In this document: positions 11,849 to 24,399 of the stretch, piece after piece
How positions within the stretch are numbered: the first letter of the stretch is position 1
Layout: each line of letters begins with the position of its first letter
Origin: Eledone cirrhosa
Lineage: Eukaryota
DNA length: 64,000 nt
NCBI GenBank assembly: GCA_964016885.1
Contig: CAXHJY010000322.1
Location: forward strand, 124,001 to 188,000
Reading direction: 5' to 3'
Program-made: the position numbers and the translations under genes
Notes under the pieces: model-generated
Databases searched by the model: none
The model's input: the letters and a program-made list of their open reading frames with translations, nothing else
What the model was told of the DNA's origin: nothing

Positions 11849-13387
11849 ATGTCTTTCGCTGACACAGTCAACAAGAAACAAGATTTTATAAATCTTGATA
11901 TCTCCAACGCAAGAGATATGCTCCAGCAAGGGAGAAAATTTGTAACTTTCGAAGAAAGAGGTGGATTTAGAATTAACTCTCCCCTTGAAATAAAGGAAGA
12001 CACAAACCGCCGATCAGTCACTTTTAGGACTGTGTCAAATTCGTCAAGAAAACCGACATTTGTTAATCAAGCAGATATAGAAGATTCTTTCAAGGAAATT
12101 CTAGCAAATGTCGATTTTCTCCAGCGAGGAAAACAGTACGGAAGTGTTTCCGTACTGTTTAAAAGCGAGGCACTCGCCCCAAAAAACTCTGTGACACCAA
12201 TAGTGTCAAAAGCATACACCTTTTTCCCTACATACATGGGGAAAAGGACACAAAAAATAAAAATAAAAAACATACCTCCAAGCATTAACATCTGGTGGAT
12301 CTTGGCTGGCTTCGTAGAGCCAGAAACAGACATAATACTTTCGATACGAAAATCTATTCGACAAAGGTGGGCAGGCACAGATTTAGAGATTCTGTTGCAA
12401 ATGAAACCGGAGAGAATCTCCAAAATACCCGAAAGAGTCGTTATTGATAATAACAACAAAATAAACATTTCAGTAGAAGGACGAAAATTTCATTGCTTTC
12501 GCTGTGGTAGCACAGCTCACCTAAAAGCCTCTTGTCCACAAACACACAACAACAACATCATAAAAAAAACGCTATTACCAACACCAACACAACCACCACC
12601 ACAAGTACAACGACAGACGAAACGAGCAACCACACCAAAACAAACAGACACTCAACCAACAACAACAGAAAAAACAGAGACAACACCCCTGAAGAACACA
12701 TCCCCACTCCATCCCACTCCATCAAACACTACCACAAACACACATACCGAAACACCACCACCACCACCCAACATACACTTACCCCACACACCTGACGATG
12801 ATTATTCATCGACGGATGAAGCTGCTTCTCCTTCTTTAAGTGAAGAAGAGAGAGAGCCGCGGAAATCTAAAAAACAAAAAAAGAGACACCACAAAACCCC
12901 CAAAACTCCAATCACCAACACCAACACACAACCACAGACACAAACAACAACACAAACAACACCACAGTCAAACATCCCCCTATCAGCAAAACCAGCACCA
13001 ACACCACCCCAAACACAAGCACCCACCATAAAAAGAAAACTCCCGGATAAACAACAAACTAAACCAACACAACAAAAACACAAACAACAATACGCATACA
13101 TCAACACAAACAACAAGAGTTTGATAGAGGTCATCTCCCAAAACCCCAAGGTGGAGACGGAGGGCAAAACTTTCGTCAAGGCAGAATCGTCTCCACACCT
13201 TAAACTTATAAGGGTTTCTATGGAAACCTATAAAGACCTAAAAATAAAATGTTCACAGGACGTGGGCAACCCCTGCCACAAACCCATCAACCGCGTCCTG
13301 TTGAAAGGTTTCCCCACCCCACCCAACACCCCATCCAGCACCGAAATGGAGATTGAACAACCCGATCTCCAGGAAACGAAAAGGTAA
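11849..13387 (+). CDS. Copy B ORF1, gag-like with CX2CX4HX4C knuckle (true start probably ATG 11545, frameshifted)
   Basis: 512-aa open frame; CFRCGSTAHLKASC; FFPTYMGKRTQ and KPINRVL shared with A and G. Confidence 0.8.
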   Translation: MSFADTVNKKQDFINLDISNARDMLQQGRKFVTFEERGGFRINSPLEIKEDTNRRSVTFRTVSNSSRKPTFVNQADIEDSFKEILANVDFLQRGKQYGSVSVLFKSEALAPKNSVTPIVSKAYTFFPTYMGKRTQKIKIKNIPPSINIWWILAGFVEPETDIILSIRKSIRQRWAGTDLEILLQMKPERISKIPERVVIDNNNKINISVEGRKFHCFRCGSTAHLKASCPQTHNNNIIKKTLLPTPTQPPPQVQRQTKRATTPKQTDTQPTTTEKTETTPLKNTSPLHPTPSNTTTNTHTETPPPPPNIHLPHTPDDDYSSTDEAASPSLSEEEREPRKSKKQKKRHHKTPKTPITNTNTQPQTQTTTQTTPQSNIPLSAKPAPTPPQTQAPTIKRKLPDKQQTKPTQQKHKQQYAYINTNNKSLIEVISQNPKVETEGKTFVKAESSPHLKLIRVSMETYKDLKIKCSQDVGNPCHKPINRVLLKGFPTPPNTPSSTEMEIEQPDLQETKR

Positions 13388-13404
13388 GTGCACCTTTCGT
13401 CCTT

Positions 13405-16400
13405 TTGCTCCAACTTTTCTTCACCAACTTGGCTGGTTTACGAGTTGGAACCGTGAATGTGCGTGGCCTAGGGATGCCCTGGAAACAGGGCCAACTTTTA
13501 AACGACCTTAGGTCACACAGTATGGATGTGATAGCCATCACCGAGTCCAGGATCCACAACAGGCAGCAACTAACCCCCATCTTCGACGACTTTGAGATCT
13601 ACGAATCTCTCTGTCAGCCAGGAGGTGGAGCTGGAGTGGCTGTTATGTTTCGGAAGAACCTGGACGTCGGAGTACAGCAAGTACACTTGGACCCGGAGGG
13701 TAGACTGGTAGTCCTAGACGTGAACAGTATCGGAGGTGGAGCCTTCAGACTGGTGGCCGTTTATGCTCCGACCGGGCAATCGCAATCACGGCCAGACTTC
13801 TTTAAGCATCTAGAGTCTTTTCTGGGAAAGTCTCGCTCCTTACTTTTAGTGGGGGACTGGAATGGTATCCTAGATGCACGATGGGACTATGTGGGAGCAT
13901 GTCCCAGTAGAGCGGGGTGCAACAGCCTCAAAACTTTAATCGGCCAATTCCAACTGGCCGATAGGTATCGACTGGATTTCCCGACTGCACCACAGTGGAC
14001 GTGGGTAAACCGCAGTGGGACATCTAGATCGTATTTAGATAGGTTCTTCATTAGAGAAAGGGACAAGGAGATGTTAAGCTGTCCACGAATGCACATGGTT
14101 GCCTATTCAGATCACAAGTTAGTCGTCTGCTTAGTCAACCGTGATAGAATACATAGACAGGGTCCCGGATACTGGAAGCTGAACGTGTCGTTGCCGGCAC
14201 GTAAAGCTTACAGTGAAACGATAAGTAGACTAGTCAAGCAACAGTTAACGGGCGCCATCGTCAACAATAGATGGTGGTACTCTCTCAAGAAAGCAATTAG
14301 AATAGAATCGATAGGGTATAGCAGAGAGTTAGCCTTAGAGAAAACCAGAATAGAAAGAGAACTAGTAGCCAAGGCAGAGGGGGCACTTAGAAGTGGCAAC
14401 GCGGCTAGAGTGTTAGCGTCGAGAACGGCACTGGACCAGTTCTTCGATGCGAAACACGAAGGCTGCGTGGTCAGAAGCAAAACACGTGCTCTAGGAAACG
14501 AAGGAGCGAAAGCTGTCAGCTGGGCCCGAGTGGCGGAGGCAAAAAGTGGCAACAAGTCCACGATTCGGTCTTTGAAAGACCAAAACGGACGCGTGCTACT
14601 TGACCCCAAGCAAATGTTCGCGGCCTTTCAGCGGCACTTTGCGCGACTGTTTGAGCAGAACGACGGTGAGCCGAACGGGGCAATGGACTTTAGTTCATAC
14701 CTCAACGGCCTGCCACGTCTCTCGAACACGGACGCCGAGTTCTGCGAAAGACCGATCACGGACATTGAGATACGGGACGCTCTGGGCCGCTGCGAGAAAC
14801 GCAAGTCTCCCGGTCTAGATGGTCTACCCTACGAATTTTACATAGGTATGCAAACTTGTTCTCTGGCTTCCTCGAAGCCGTCTACTGCAATTGGCAGCAG
14901 AACGGGAGAATTCCCAGTTCTGCAGGCAATGGCGTAGTAACGCTGATCAGGAAAGACGAGAACAAGGGGGACGAAATTAACAACTTCAGGCCCATAACTC
15001 TGCTCAACACAGAGTTAAAGATTTTGGCCAAGGTGCTAGCGACGAGGTTGGCGCGTGTCGTCGAGAACCTGGTAGGGAAAGCGCAAACGTGTGCAATCCC
15101 GACCAGGTCCATACACGACAACCTCCACCTCATGCGATACATCATAGAGAGGGTGGGTAGTAAACCCGGCTTCGGTGGGGCTCTGATCAACTTGGATCAG
15201 TCTAAGGCATTCGATAGGGTCGACCATCGATACTTGGAAGCGGTTCTCAAGGCGGCCGGTTTCGGTCCCGTGTTCAGAGGATGGATCGAGGCGATGCACA
15301 CCAGCATCTGCTCGAGGGTCAAGGTGAACGGCTACCTATCGGAGCCGTTCGCAATCACGCGTTCCATTCGACAGGGATGCCCTCTCTCCTCCATTCTGTA
15401 TGTATTGACTCTAGAGCCACTACTGCGGAAATTGGAGCTGTTGCAGGGCATACCCCTAGAACCGGGACTGCGCAAAGCGGCGTCGGCTTATGCCGACGAC
15501 GTAACGGTAATGGTGTCGAGCACCTCGGAAATCGGGGTGATCGGCAACTTACTGAAAGAATACGAAACGCTGACGGGAGCAAAACTAAACCCAGACAAGT
15601 CTGTCGGTTTGCAACTCGGTACGTGGAGAGGCAAACCGATGACATCCGACAGCGTCGTTGGACGCTGGACGGACGGACTGGTGAAATTGCTCGGGGCCTG
15701 GTTCGGTCCAGACTTCCAGGTGGAGAAAAACTGGAACGAGGTCACGGCCAAGGTGTTTGCACTCACCCAGAAGTGGGCAGAGTGCAAACTGTCCTTGAAA
15801 GGTCGAGCGGAGGTGGCGAACACTTTCATAGCGTCCGTCATCTACTACCGCTTGACTGTCGTGCCTTGTCCCCGTGAACACCTCGCCAAGATGGAACGCA
15901 TGCTCTTCCAGCTTCTGTGGAAGAAGCAGGCTCCGCTGGTGAGGAGATCCGTCTGCTGTCAGCACCCTTCCAACAGAGGGCTGGGAATGCCGTGGCTGAT
16001 GATGCGCAAACATGCGCTGAGGCTGCGGCATCTCCAGGTATTCCTCACCGACCCCCAACCGGTGTGGGCACCGTTTGTGAGACAGGCTTTCCCACAGCTC
16101 GTCTCGCTAACGGAGCTGCAGTCCTGGGTGAAGAAAAGACCGAAAACGATGGGCGCCTGGCACATTGAATGCGCTCAGGCGCTCACAGTCCTCTGGCAAG
16201 CGGGCGCAGCAATCAGTGGAGACTCCACTTCGACATTCTATAGAGGGATTGTACGTTACAAGGGCGACAACGTGCTCGGAGAGACTCTGGGCGTCGAAGA
16301 CGATGAGCTCACCAGTCTGTTTGGTAGGACTTTCCGCCCGGGACCTATGGACAACTTCCAGAGGTCCCTGGCCTGGCAGTGCTACCGAGGAGCTCTACCG

Positions 16401-16867
16401 GTTCGTGACAAGATCTACAGGCACGGACGCCCTGGCAGGGATCCTTCCAAGAGGACGTGTCCAAGATGTGCGCAGGACATTGAAACAGTTCTGCACGCAA
16501 TTGTACACTGCCCGGGCGTAAGCGACCTGTGGAACTATGCAGAACAACTGCTGTCGCGTATGGGACAAATACAGTTGACTGCCGAGTCCATAGTAAGGAT
16601 CAAACCGCCAGACTCTTTCAAAAACGAAAGAGAGGTGGTTTTCCTCTGTACGGTGGCTATGGTGAAAGAAGTTATATGGTGGACGAGGTTGAGAGGACAG
16701 ATGCCTTTCTCTCCGGACAACAATTGATTCCCTTCTTTAAGTATCACTTTAGAAGGAGAATCAGGGTGGAGAGAGAGGCACTGCACCCCAGTAAATTTAC
16801 TGAAAGGTGGGTGAATGAAGCGAAAATGGCCCGAGTGATTGGGCCTTCTCTGTTTATAAGCCTGTAG
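13405..16867 (+). pseudogene. Copy B ORF2 APE-RT-ZnF with two frameshifts (~14850, ~16697)
   Basis: NVRGL, GDWN, YLDRF, SDH; YADD; CPRC..ETVLHAIVHC. The codon aligned to the ORF2 ATG of A and G reads TTG (accaacTTGgct). Confidence 0.92.
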
Positions 16868-17124
16868 GTTGAGGAAGAGAGCAAAAGGAAGAAAGGAGCA
16901 CTTGCACAACACGCTCCTCGAGTTGAGGGTTGTTCTATCGACGGGGTATTAAACAACCTATTTGTGGCGCCTTCCCCCTATTGGGGATTTCGATTGTTGA
17001 AATTGTTTGTTTTTATATTTTTTACACGACTGTATGTAAAATCCCCGGCATGTCTTTGTATTGTCCCCTTTTCTTGTTGCGCCCTTGTGGCTAATAAAGA
17101 AATCTATCTATCTATCTATCTATC

Positions 17125-17490
17125 GATGGAGAGAGAGGTGCTGCACCCCAGCCGTTTTTATGAAAGATGGGTGAAAGTGGCGAGAATGGCCCGTGTGAAT
17201 GGGCCTTCACTCTACATCAGACTATAGGTGAGGAAGATGAAAGACCAAGGGAGCACCCCTTTTCTGTGCTCCTGAGGAGAAGGGTTGCACACTTTTTTCG
17301 GGGGTGTGTGCGACCCCCCAAGGCGCCTCCTCTCTATTGAGGATTTTGTTAAAAATTTTATTTTTTGTTATATCTTATTTTATTTTTATATTTTGTTATT
17401 GCCTCCTCCTTATTGAGGACGCCTTTTTGTGTAAACTCCCCCCTTTGTACTTGTCCCACTTTTGATGCCCTAGTGGCAAATAAAAGAAAC
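17125..17490 (+). mobile_element. Tx1 copy C, 5'-truncated (last ORF2 codons + 3' UTR), same subfamily as G
   Basis: MEREVLHPSRFYERWVKVARMARVNGPSLYIRL; 3' UTR nearly identical to 32551-32814; (TATC)n on both sides. Confidence 0.9.
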
Positions 17491-17491
17491 A

Positions 17492-17551
<60 letters not shown>

Positions 17552-18900
17552 GAAGTGGGCTGAGTGCAAACTCTCCTTGAAAGCTCGAGCGGAGGTAACG
17601 AACACTTACATAGCGTCCGTCATCTACTACCGCTTCAGAGTCGTGCCTTGCCCCCGGAAATACCTTACCAAAATGGAACGCCTACTCTTCAAGTTCCTTT
17701 GGAAGAAACAGGCTCCATTGGTGAGGAGATCCATCTGCCCTCAATACCCTTCTAACGGAGGGCTGGACATGCTGTGGCTGATGATGCGCAAACATGCGCT
17801 GAGGCTATGCCATCTCTAGGTATTCCTGACCGGTGAACCGGTGTGGCTGTCGTTTGTGAAACAAGCTCTTCCACAACTCGTCTCACTAACAGAGCTGCAG
17901 TCCTGGGTCAAGCGAAGACCGAAAATGGGTGCCTGGCACCTCGAGTGCCTACAGGCGCTCACAGCCCTCTACCAAGCGGAAACGGCAATCAGCAGAGACT
18001 CTACTTCGATAGTCTATAGGGGATTAGTGGAGGATAAGTGCGACGACGTTCTCGGGAAACTCTAGGCATCGAGGAGGACTAACTGACCAGTCTATTCGGG
18101 AGGACTTTCCGTCCATTGCCTATGGATAACTTCCAGAGGTCTCTGGACTGGCAGTGCTACCGAGGAGCTCTACCAGTTCGATACAAAATCTACAGGCACG
18201 GACGTCCTGGCAGAGATCCTACCAAAAGGACATGTCCATGATGCGAGCAGGACATCAAAATCGTTCTGCACGCAATTGTTCAGTGCCCGGAGGTGACCGA
18301 CCTGTGGAATTATGTCGAACAGCTGCTGTCACGTGTTTGGACGCATCCAGTTGTCAGCCGAGTCCATCGTGAGGATCAACCCGCTGCCTTCATTTAAGAA
18401 CGAAGGAGAGGCGGTTTTACTCTGTCTGGTGGCTATGGCGAAAGAGGTAATATGGTGGACGAGGTTAAAAGGACTGAGGGCAAACACCTTTCTCTCCGGA
18501 CAACAACTTGTCCCCTTCTTTAAGTATCACTTCAGAAGGAAGGTGAGAGTGGAGAGAGAGGTGCTATATCCCAGTAAATTCACTGAAAGGTGGGTGAATG
18601 TGATGAAAATAGCCCGAGTGAATGGGCCTTCTCTGTATATAAACCTGTAGGTTGAGGAAGATAAACAGAGGGAAGACAGGAACACCTACAAAACGCGTAA
18701 CTGGTGTTGAGGGTTGTTCTCTCCACGGGGTGTAAAACAACCCTGTAGTAACGTTCCCCCCTATTGGGGATTTCAATTGTTATTTTATTATATATAGTTT
18801 ATTGTTATTTATTAATGTGAAAGTTATTTTTATGTAAAACCCCCGCCGTCACGTCTTGCAATGTTCCATTTTTGTACGCCCCTGTGGCAAATAAAGAAAG
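17552..18900 (+). mobile_element. Tx1 copy D, 5'-truncated, same subfamily as H
   Basis: Post-RT ORF2 remnant; 3' UTR matches 36898-37147; (TATC)n on both sides. Confidence 0.9.
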
Positions 18901-18973
18901 ATATCTATCTATCTATCTGTCATATATCTATCTATCTATCTATCTATCTGTCATCTATCTATCTATCTATCTA

Positions 18974-19540
18974 GCCCCGGTAGGGACCCTTCGAAAAAGA
19001 TCTGTCCGGGATGTGTGCGCGACGAGGAAACCGTCGCGCATGCATTTGTACACTGCCCGGGCGTTACCGACCTGTGGAGCTATGTAGAACGACTATTGTC
19101 GCGGGTGGGACCAATCCAGTTGACCACCGAGTCCATTGTCACGATCAAACCACCACTCTCCTTCAAAACCGAGGGAGAGGCGGTTTTCCTATGTGTTATG
19201 GCTATGGTGAAAGAGGTTATATGGTGTACGGGTTAAAAGGGCTGAGGTCAGACACTTTTCTCTTCGGCGAACAACTGATTCGTTTTTTCAAATATCATTT
19301 TGGTAGAAGAATCAGGATGGAGAGAGAGATGCTGTACCCCAGCAAATTTTATAAAAGGTGGGTGAATGTGGCCAAGATGGCCCGAGTGGTTGGGCCTTCT
19401 CTCTATATAAGCCTGTAGGTTGAGGAAAAAGAGGAAGAGAGGAAGGGTGTACTCACTCTTGGTGCTCCTGGAGATGAGGGTTGTACATTTGTTCGGGGTG
19501 TGTACAACCCCTGTGTAACGCCTCCCCACTACTGAAGAAC
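18974..19540 (+). mobile_element. Tx1 copy E, 5'-truncated, also lacking the distal 3' UTR
   Basis: C-terminal ZnF DEETVAHAFVHC..GPSLYISL*; first 3' UTR hairpin present, terminal GTGGCAAATAAA absent. Confidence 0.85.
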
Positions 19541-19719
19541 TGTAGTCTGACATTTGAGCGGCCATGACAGTTACTGACCTCTTCTTTCTAAATGACCTCC
19601 GCAATAATTCTCCTTCCTGCTTTCATCTGAAAATAATGACAGAACAAAATAAATAAATAAATAAAACAAAGAACGGGACATCCTTTCGTTGGTTCATTGG
19701 TGCTGTTACCATTAGGTAC

Positions 19720-19779
19720 TACATACATACACACATACATACATACATACATACATACATACATACATACATACATACA

Positions 19780-19808
<29 letters not shown>
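19720..19808. repeat. (TACA)n microsatellite
   Basis: Direct reading. Confidence 0.95.
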
Positions 19809-19810
<2 letters not shown>

Positions 19811-22258
19811 GACGGATGACGGATTCAACAGACAAACTAAATGGCTACAAGAACTGGAACAGGACTACTGCCAACATGTCCAGACAAAACAATATGACAT
19901 AGATGGGTCAATACTGGAAACAGCTCTACAGAAAATGTCGAATAGGAAATCGCCAGGCCCAGACCTCATTACAGGATACTGGTTGAAGAAATTCACTTTC
20001 TATCGGCAAGATCTCATACGGCTGTTTACAGAAACCATTAAAGGTACACAAGAACTGCCCAGATAGTTATCAACTGCCACTACTCTTCTCATTTCCCAAA
20101 ATAGCCAAACCACCCTTGCTAAAAATTACCGCCCAATAGCCTGCCAAAACATCATGTATAAATTATATACTGGGTGCCTTAACCTGTTCTTACAGGATCA
20201 CTGTGCTACCAACAACATCATAACACCTGAGCAAGCTGGTGGAAAGAGGGAGGTGTGGGGTTGCATAGATCACCTACTAACTAACAAAATGATTCAGGAA
20301 AAAACAACAAAGAATCGCAGAAACATGACTGTGGTGTGGCTGGACTATCAAAAAGCATTTGATAGTGTACCTCATGGGTGGATTATTAAGGCTTTACAGT
20401 TAGCTAAAGTCCCACAACCATTGGTAGCTGCTGTTGAACGCCTGACCAAGAACTGGTACACCAATTTGATCCTTAGAGGTGAGAAGGAGCAAGTTAAGAC
20501 TGATAAGATACATTACCAGAAGGGCATCTTTCAGGGTGATAGCTTGTCAGTGCTACTCTTCGTTCTCTCACTGAATCCACTATCTTACCCACTCAGGAAA
20601 CAAGGTGGACAAAGTAGTGGGCCCAGAAGTATCTCCCATCTTCTCTTTGTTGATGACCTGAAGTTGTATGGGCCAAATATCATGACATCAAGAAACAATT
20701 GGACCTCATTATACAATTTTCAACCGACATCAAAATGAAATTTGGTGAATCCAAGTGTGCATATTTGGCAGTAAAACGTGGAAGAGCTGTGCCCTCCTCT
20801 AGAAATCTAGAGATGAACGGCCTGACAATACAACCTCTACAGTCAGGTGACAACTACAGATATCTTGGACAGGATGAGAATGTCAGATATGATGGACCCA
20901 TATATAAGGAGAGAACCAGAACTGAATACCTCAGAAGAGTAAAGAATATATGGTCATCAGAACTGTCAGCGTACAACAAATACATTGCCCACAATACTTA
21001 TGCTGTGCCAATTCTAACGCCAACATTTGGCCTGCTGAACTGGTCATTGCAAGAACTAAGTGAGATGGATGTTAGAACTCGAAAACTTCTCAGTGTTACT
21101 GGGAACTTTAACATCAATGGTGATGTGGATAGGCTATACTTCTCATCCAAGGAAGGTGGCCGGGGTCTAAAATCAATATTAACAACATATGAGACCCGGA
21201 TAGTAACACTGAAGCAACACCTTCAACAGAGGAAAAAGGTTGGCAACCATCTTGCCCAGGTTTATGAGCATGAAAAAAAAAATATCATTAGAATAGCGAC
21301 TGATCTGGAGGAGAGATATGGAATAAAGCCTGATATAAATCTCTCACCCAGAGAAATCGGAAGATCCTATTCAATGTTCAAACAAGATTAAAAAATTGAC
21401 CAATTTACAGAAAAAGTTGTGCATGGATACTTGAGGCGTAAAACACAGACCATAGAGGGGATAAACACTCAAAAAGCATGGCATGGAGTTCCGACAAGTT
21501 TATGACATCACACCTTGAGGGATATCTTTATGCAATACAGGAACAAGAACTCCCTACCAAATATCTACTGCACAAAAGAGGAGGGCCAGCAGCTGACAAT
21601 AAATGTAGGCTATGTAAAACAAAGATCGAGGATGTAAGCCACATTGTTGCCAGCTGCGAAAGAATGTCATCTCGCTACTACCTCCTCATGAGACACGATG
21701 GGATAGCTAGAACCATCTGGAACGCACTTCGGAAAACAAAATTAACAACAAACGAGGAAGAATATATTGAGACAGATGGCACTAAGGAATACTGGTGGAA
21801 CCTGAAAATAAAAACTGCCACCAAATTAAAGCACAACCGGCCTAATATTGTTGTTTGGGACCACACATTGAAAACGTGTTCTGTTGTGGAGATCAGCTGC
21901 CCACTTGATGTAAATGTTGTCAGAAAAATACAGGAGAAGGAGGACATCTACGGACCAGTGATGAGGAGTTTACAAATCCAGTATCCAAGATACCCCTTTA
22001 GCTTCATACCCATCATTATTGGAGCTACGGGTTATATACCAACCCGCTTTGACCAAAGTATGACTGAACTTGGATTTGCGGACAAAAAGCGCAGCTCCCT
22101 AATTCATAGTCTACAAATGGCTGCGATAGCTGGTACCTTCAAAATTTGCAAAACATTCTTGCGATTCAAGGGATGACAATTTCTTTTCTTTTACAACCTT
22201 GCCACCAGGAAGGTGGCCGGTCAAAAAAAATATACTCGAAATTAAGAGAAAGAGATAA
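19809..22258 (+). mobile_element. R4/Dong-like non-LTR retrotransposon (RT + CCHC + restriction-like endonuclease), 5'-truncated, degenerate
   Basis: SPGPDLITGYWLK, EQAG, WLDYQKAFDSVPH, GIFQGDSLS, LFVDDLKLY, RLY..KEGGRGL, CRLC..EDVSHIVASC, RHD, RPNIVVWD..VVEISCP; (TACA)n on both sides. Confidence 0.88.
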
Positions 22259-22331
22259 CATACATACATACATATAAACAAATATACATATACACATACA
22301 TACATGCATAAATGAATACATATACACATAT

Positions 22332-23005
22332 ATGGTGGCTGCCAACTCGTTTTCGAGTACGGCCACTACTTTATATCCATGTAGGAGAACCCCCACCGAT
22401 GCGCTGAAGGAGTGTGACTTTTTAATCCAGCCAGCGACTTGAAAACTCTGGTACAAACACTACACTTGTGACAATTATTGTCACATAGTGCTGGACCCAT
22501 AGTACCATGTGATGACAAGTGCAGAGAGATCTCCAGATATAAAGCAATGCCTGTGCAGTGAAGCTTTTATAGTGAGCAAAGGCACTGCACAAAGCCAGTC
22601 CCACTCTCTTAACCAAGATGATATTTACCAAAAAGAAGAACAAGTCAACATCATTGGATACCATCAGGGTTGCAGGTGTTATATCAGAGTTTTCCTTCTC
22701 CTAGAATTCTGCCTTGACAAAGGCTAAAGAGTCATCTCTCCCGGTGATTTTGGATGGCCATTGACTCTTAAGAGCTCCTTTGACCTTTGACAGGTTTTGT
22801 TTTTAGTCCTGCAGGATGTCCAAAGTCACCCTCCTCACCAAGAAACCTTGGTGGGGTTGCCAGTTTAGTCGCCAACGACCCGACCATGAGACAGGTTGTA
22901 CTGGATACATGTGACCGGTAGCACCAACTGGTGACCTGACATATGAAGCGGCGGCCTACCGCATGCCGTCTTCTTCAACCAGCCCTGACGTCGCCGGCGA
23001 CGACG
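22332..23005 (-). mobile_element. Non-autonomous bipartite RTE-derived element, copy 1 (with extra 63-bp GC-rich 5' head)
   Basis: Minus strand has RTE-like 5' UTR motifs (tctaggagaaggaaaactctga) and ends in C2H2 codons [18 protein letters not shown], a short 3' UTR and an AT/ATGT tail. Confidence 0.7.
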
Positions 23006-23140
23006 TATACATACATACATACATACATACATACATACATACATACATACATACATACATAAATAAATAATACACACATACATACATACATACATACATA
23101 AATAAATAAATAATACATACATACATACATACATACACAC

Positions 23141-24077
23141 ATGCATCTTTGAAGGATATGCTTTTGCAATCCAAGTACAGGAGATTATCACGAAATACCT
23201 GATTCACAAAAGAGATAGGGTTGCAGGCAAAACACCTAGGTGTGATAACAAGTGCAGACTTTGCAGAACTGACATCGAGGATATCACCCATGTAATCAGC
23301 AGCTGTCCAAAGATGTCATCGCGGTACTATCTACCTATGAGGCATGATGTAGTGGCCAAAACACTGTACAATGCAGTTCGTAAAAAAGATAGCCCCGATC
23401 ATAAACACATTAAAAGCTACAGCAATGTGGAAGACATCCATGTACATAATATGAAAGAATACTGGTGGAATGTTCCAGTAAAAACCCCAATAAAATGCAG
23501 GCATAACAGACCAGATATTATGATATGGGACAGGGAGAAGAAAGCATGCAGAGTAGTGGAAGTTAGCTGCCTAGCAGATGGCAATATAATATCAAAGATT
23601 AGTGAAAAGGAGAATATTTATGCAAAACTGATGAGAAATCTGCAGATACTCCACCCTGATTACACCTTCAGATTTATGCCTGTGATTATTGGGACACTGG
23701 GGTATGTTAGTAACTGCCTCAATACAAATCTTGAGAAGTTAGGCTTCACAGGAACAGAAAGAACACAATTAGTTAGGAAATTACAAGTACAATCCATTAA
23801 TGGAACAGCAAAATTATGTAAAACATTCCAAACATTCTGCATCTAATAACTACATATACAATGTACAGATACAAGGCATATACACATGCACACGTACAAC
23901 TCAAAGCATCCACATCCACACATACAATAACATCCATACCTGCACACACATGCATGCAGACATACATATATAATCTACCTAGTTGATGTGTAAATGTCAA
24001 TGAGAGTCTTGTAGCTATGTTAGAAACCGACTATCTCTCTATTGGTAAAAATTTGTGAAATTATAAAACTAGAAGAA
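23141..24077 (+). mobile_element. Second R4/Dong-like family, 5'-truncated (CCHC + RLE + 3' UTR)
   Basis: EGYAFAIQ.QEI.TKYL, CRLCRTDIEDITHVISSC, RHD, RPDIMIWD..VVEVSC..K..Y; (TACA)n at 23006-23140 and from 24078. Confidence 0.87.
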
Positions 24078-24088
24078 CATACATACAT

Positions 24089-24162
<74 letters not shown>

Positions 24163-24399
24163 ACGGGGGTGTAACGTTACACACATGAAGGGAAAAGCCA
24201 AGTACTATTTCAAAAGAATTCACCAAAGAAACGCTATAAACATTTAAATACAACTGTAGAATTCAAAACAATGTGAAAGGAAAATGTTTTCCAAGATGTG
24301 AACAACTTTAAATTTAATTATGACAAAATTTTGTCGAAACTTTTAAAGATAATCGTTTTTTTTAATAAATACAAATATCATTGGATAGACAAAATCCTC

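Larger units (their letters stand above)
11471..17101 (+). mobile_element. Tx1/L1-clade copy B (different subfamily), nearly full length and the most intact
   Basis: ORF1 + ORF2; the 3' end GTGGCTAATAAAGAA is followed by (TATC)n 17102-17124. Confidence 0.92.
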
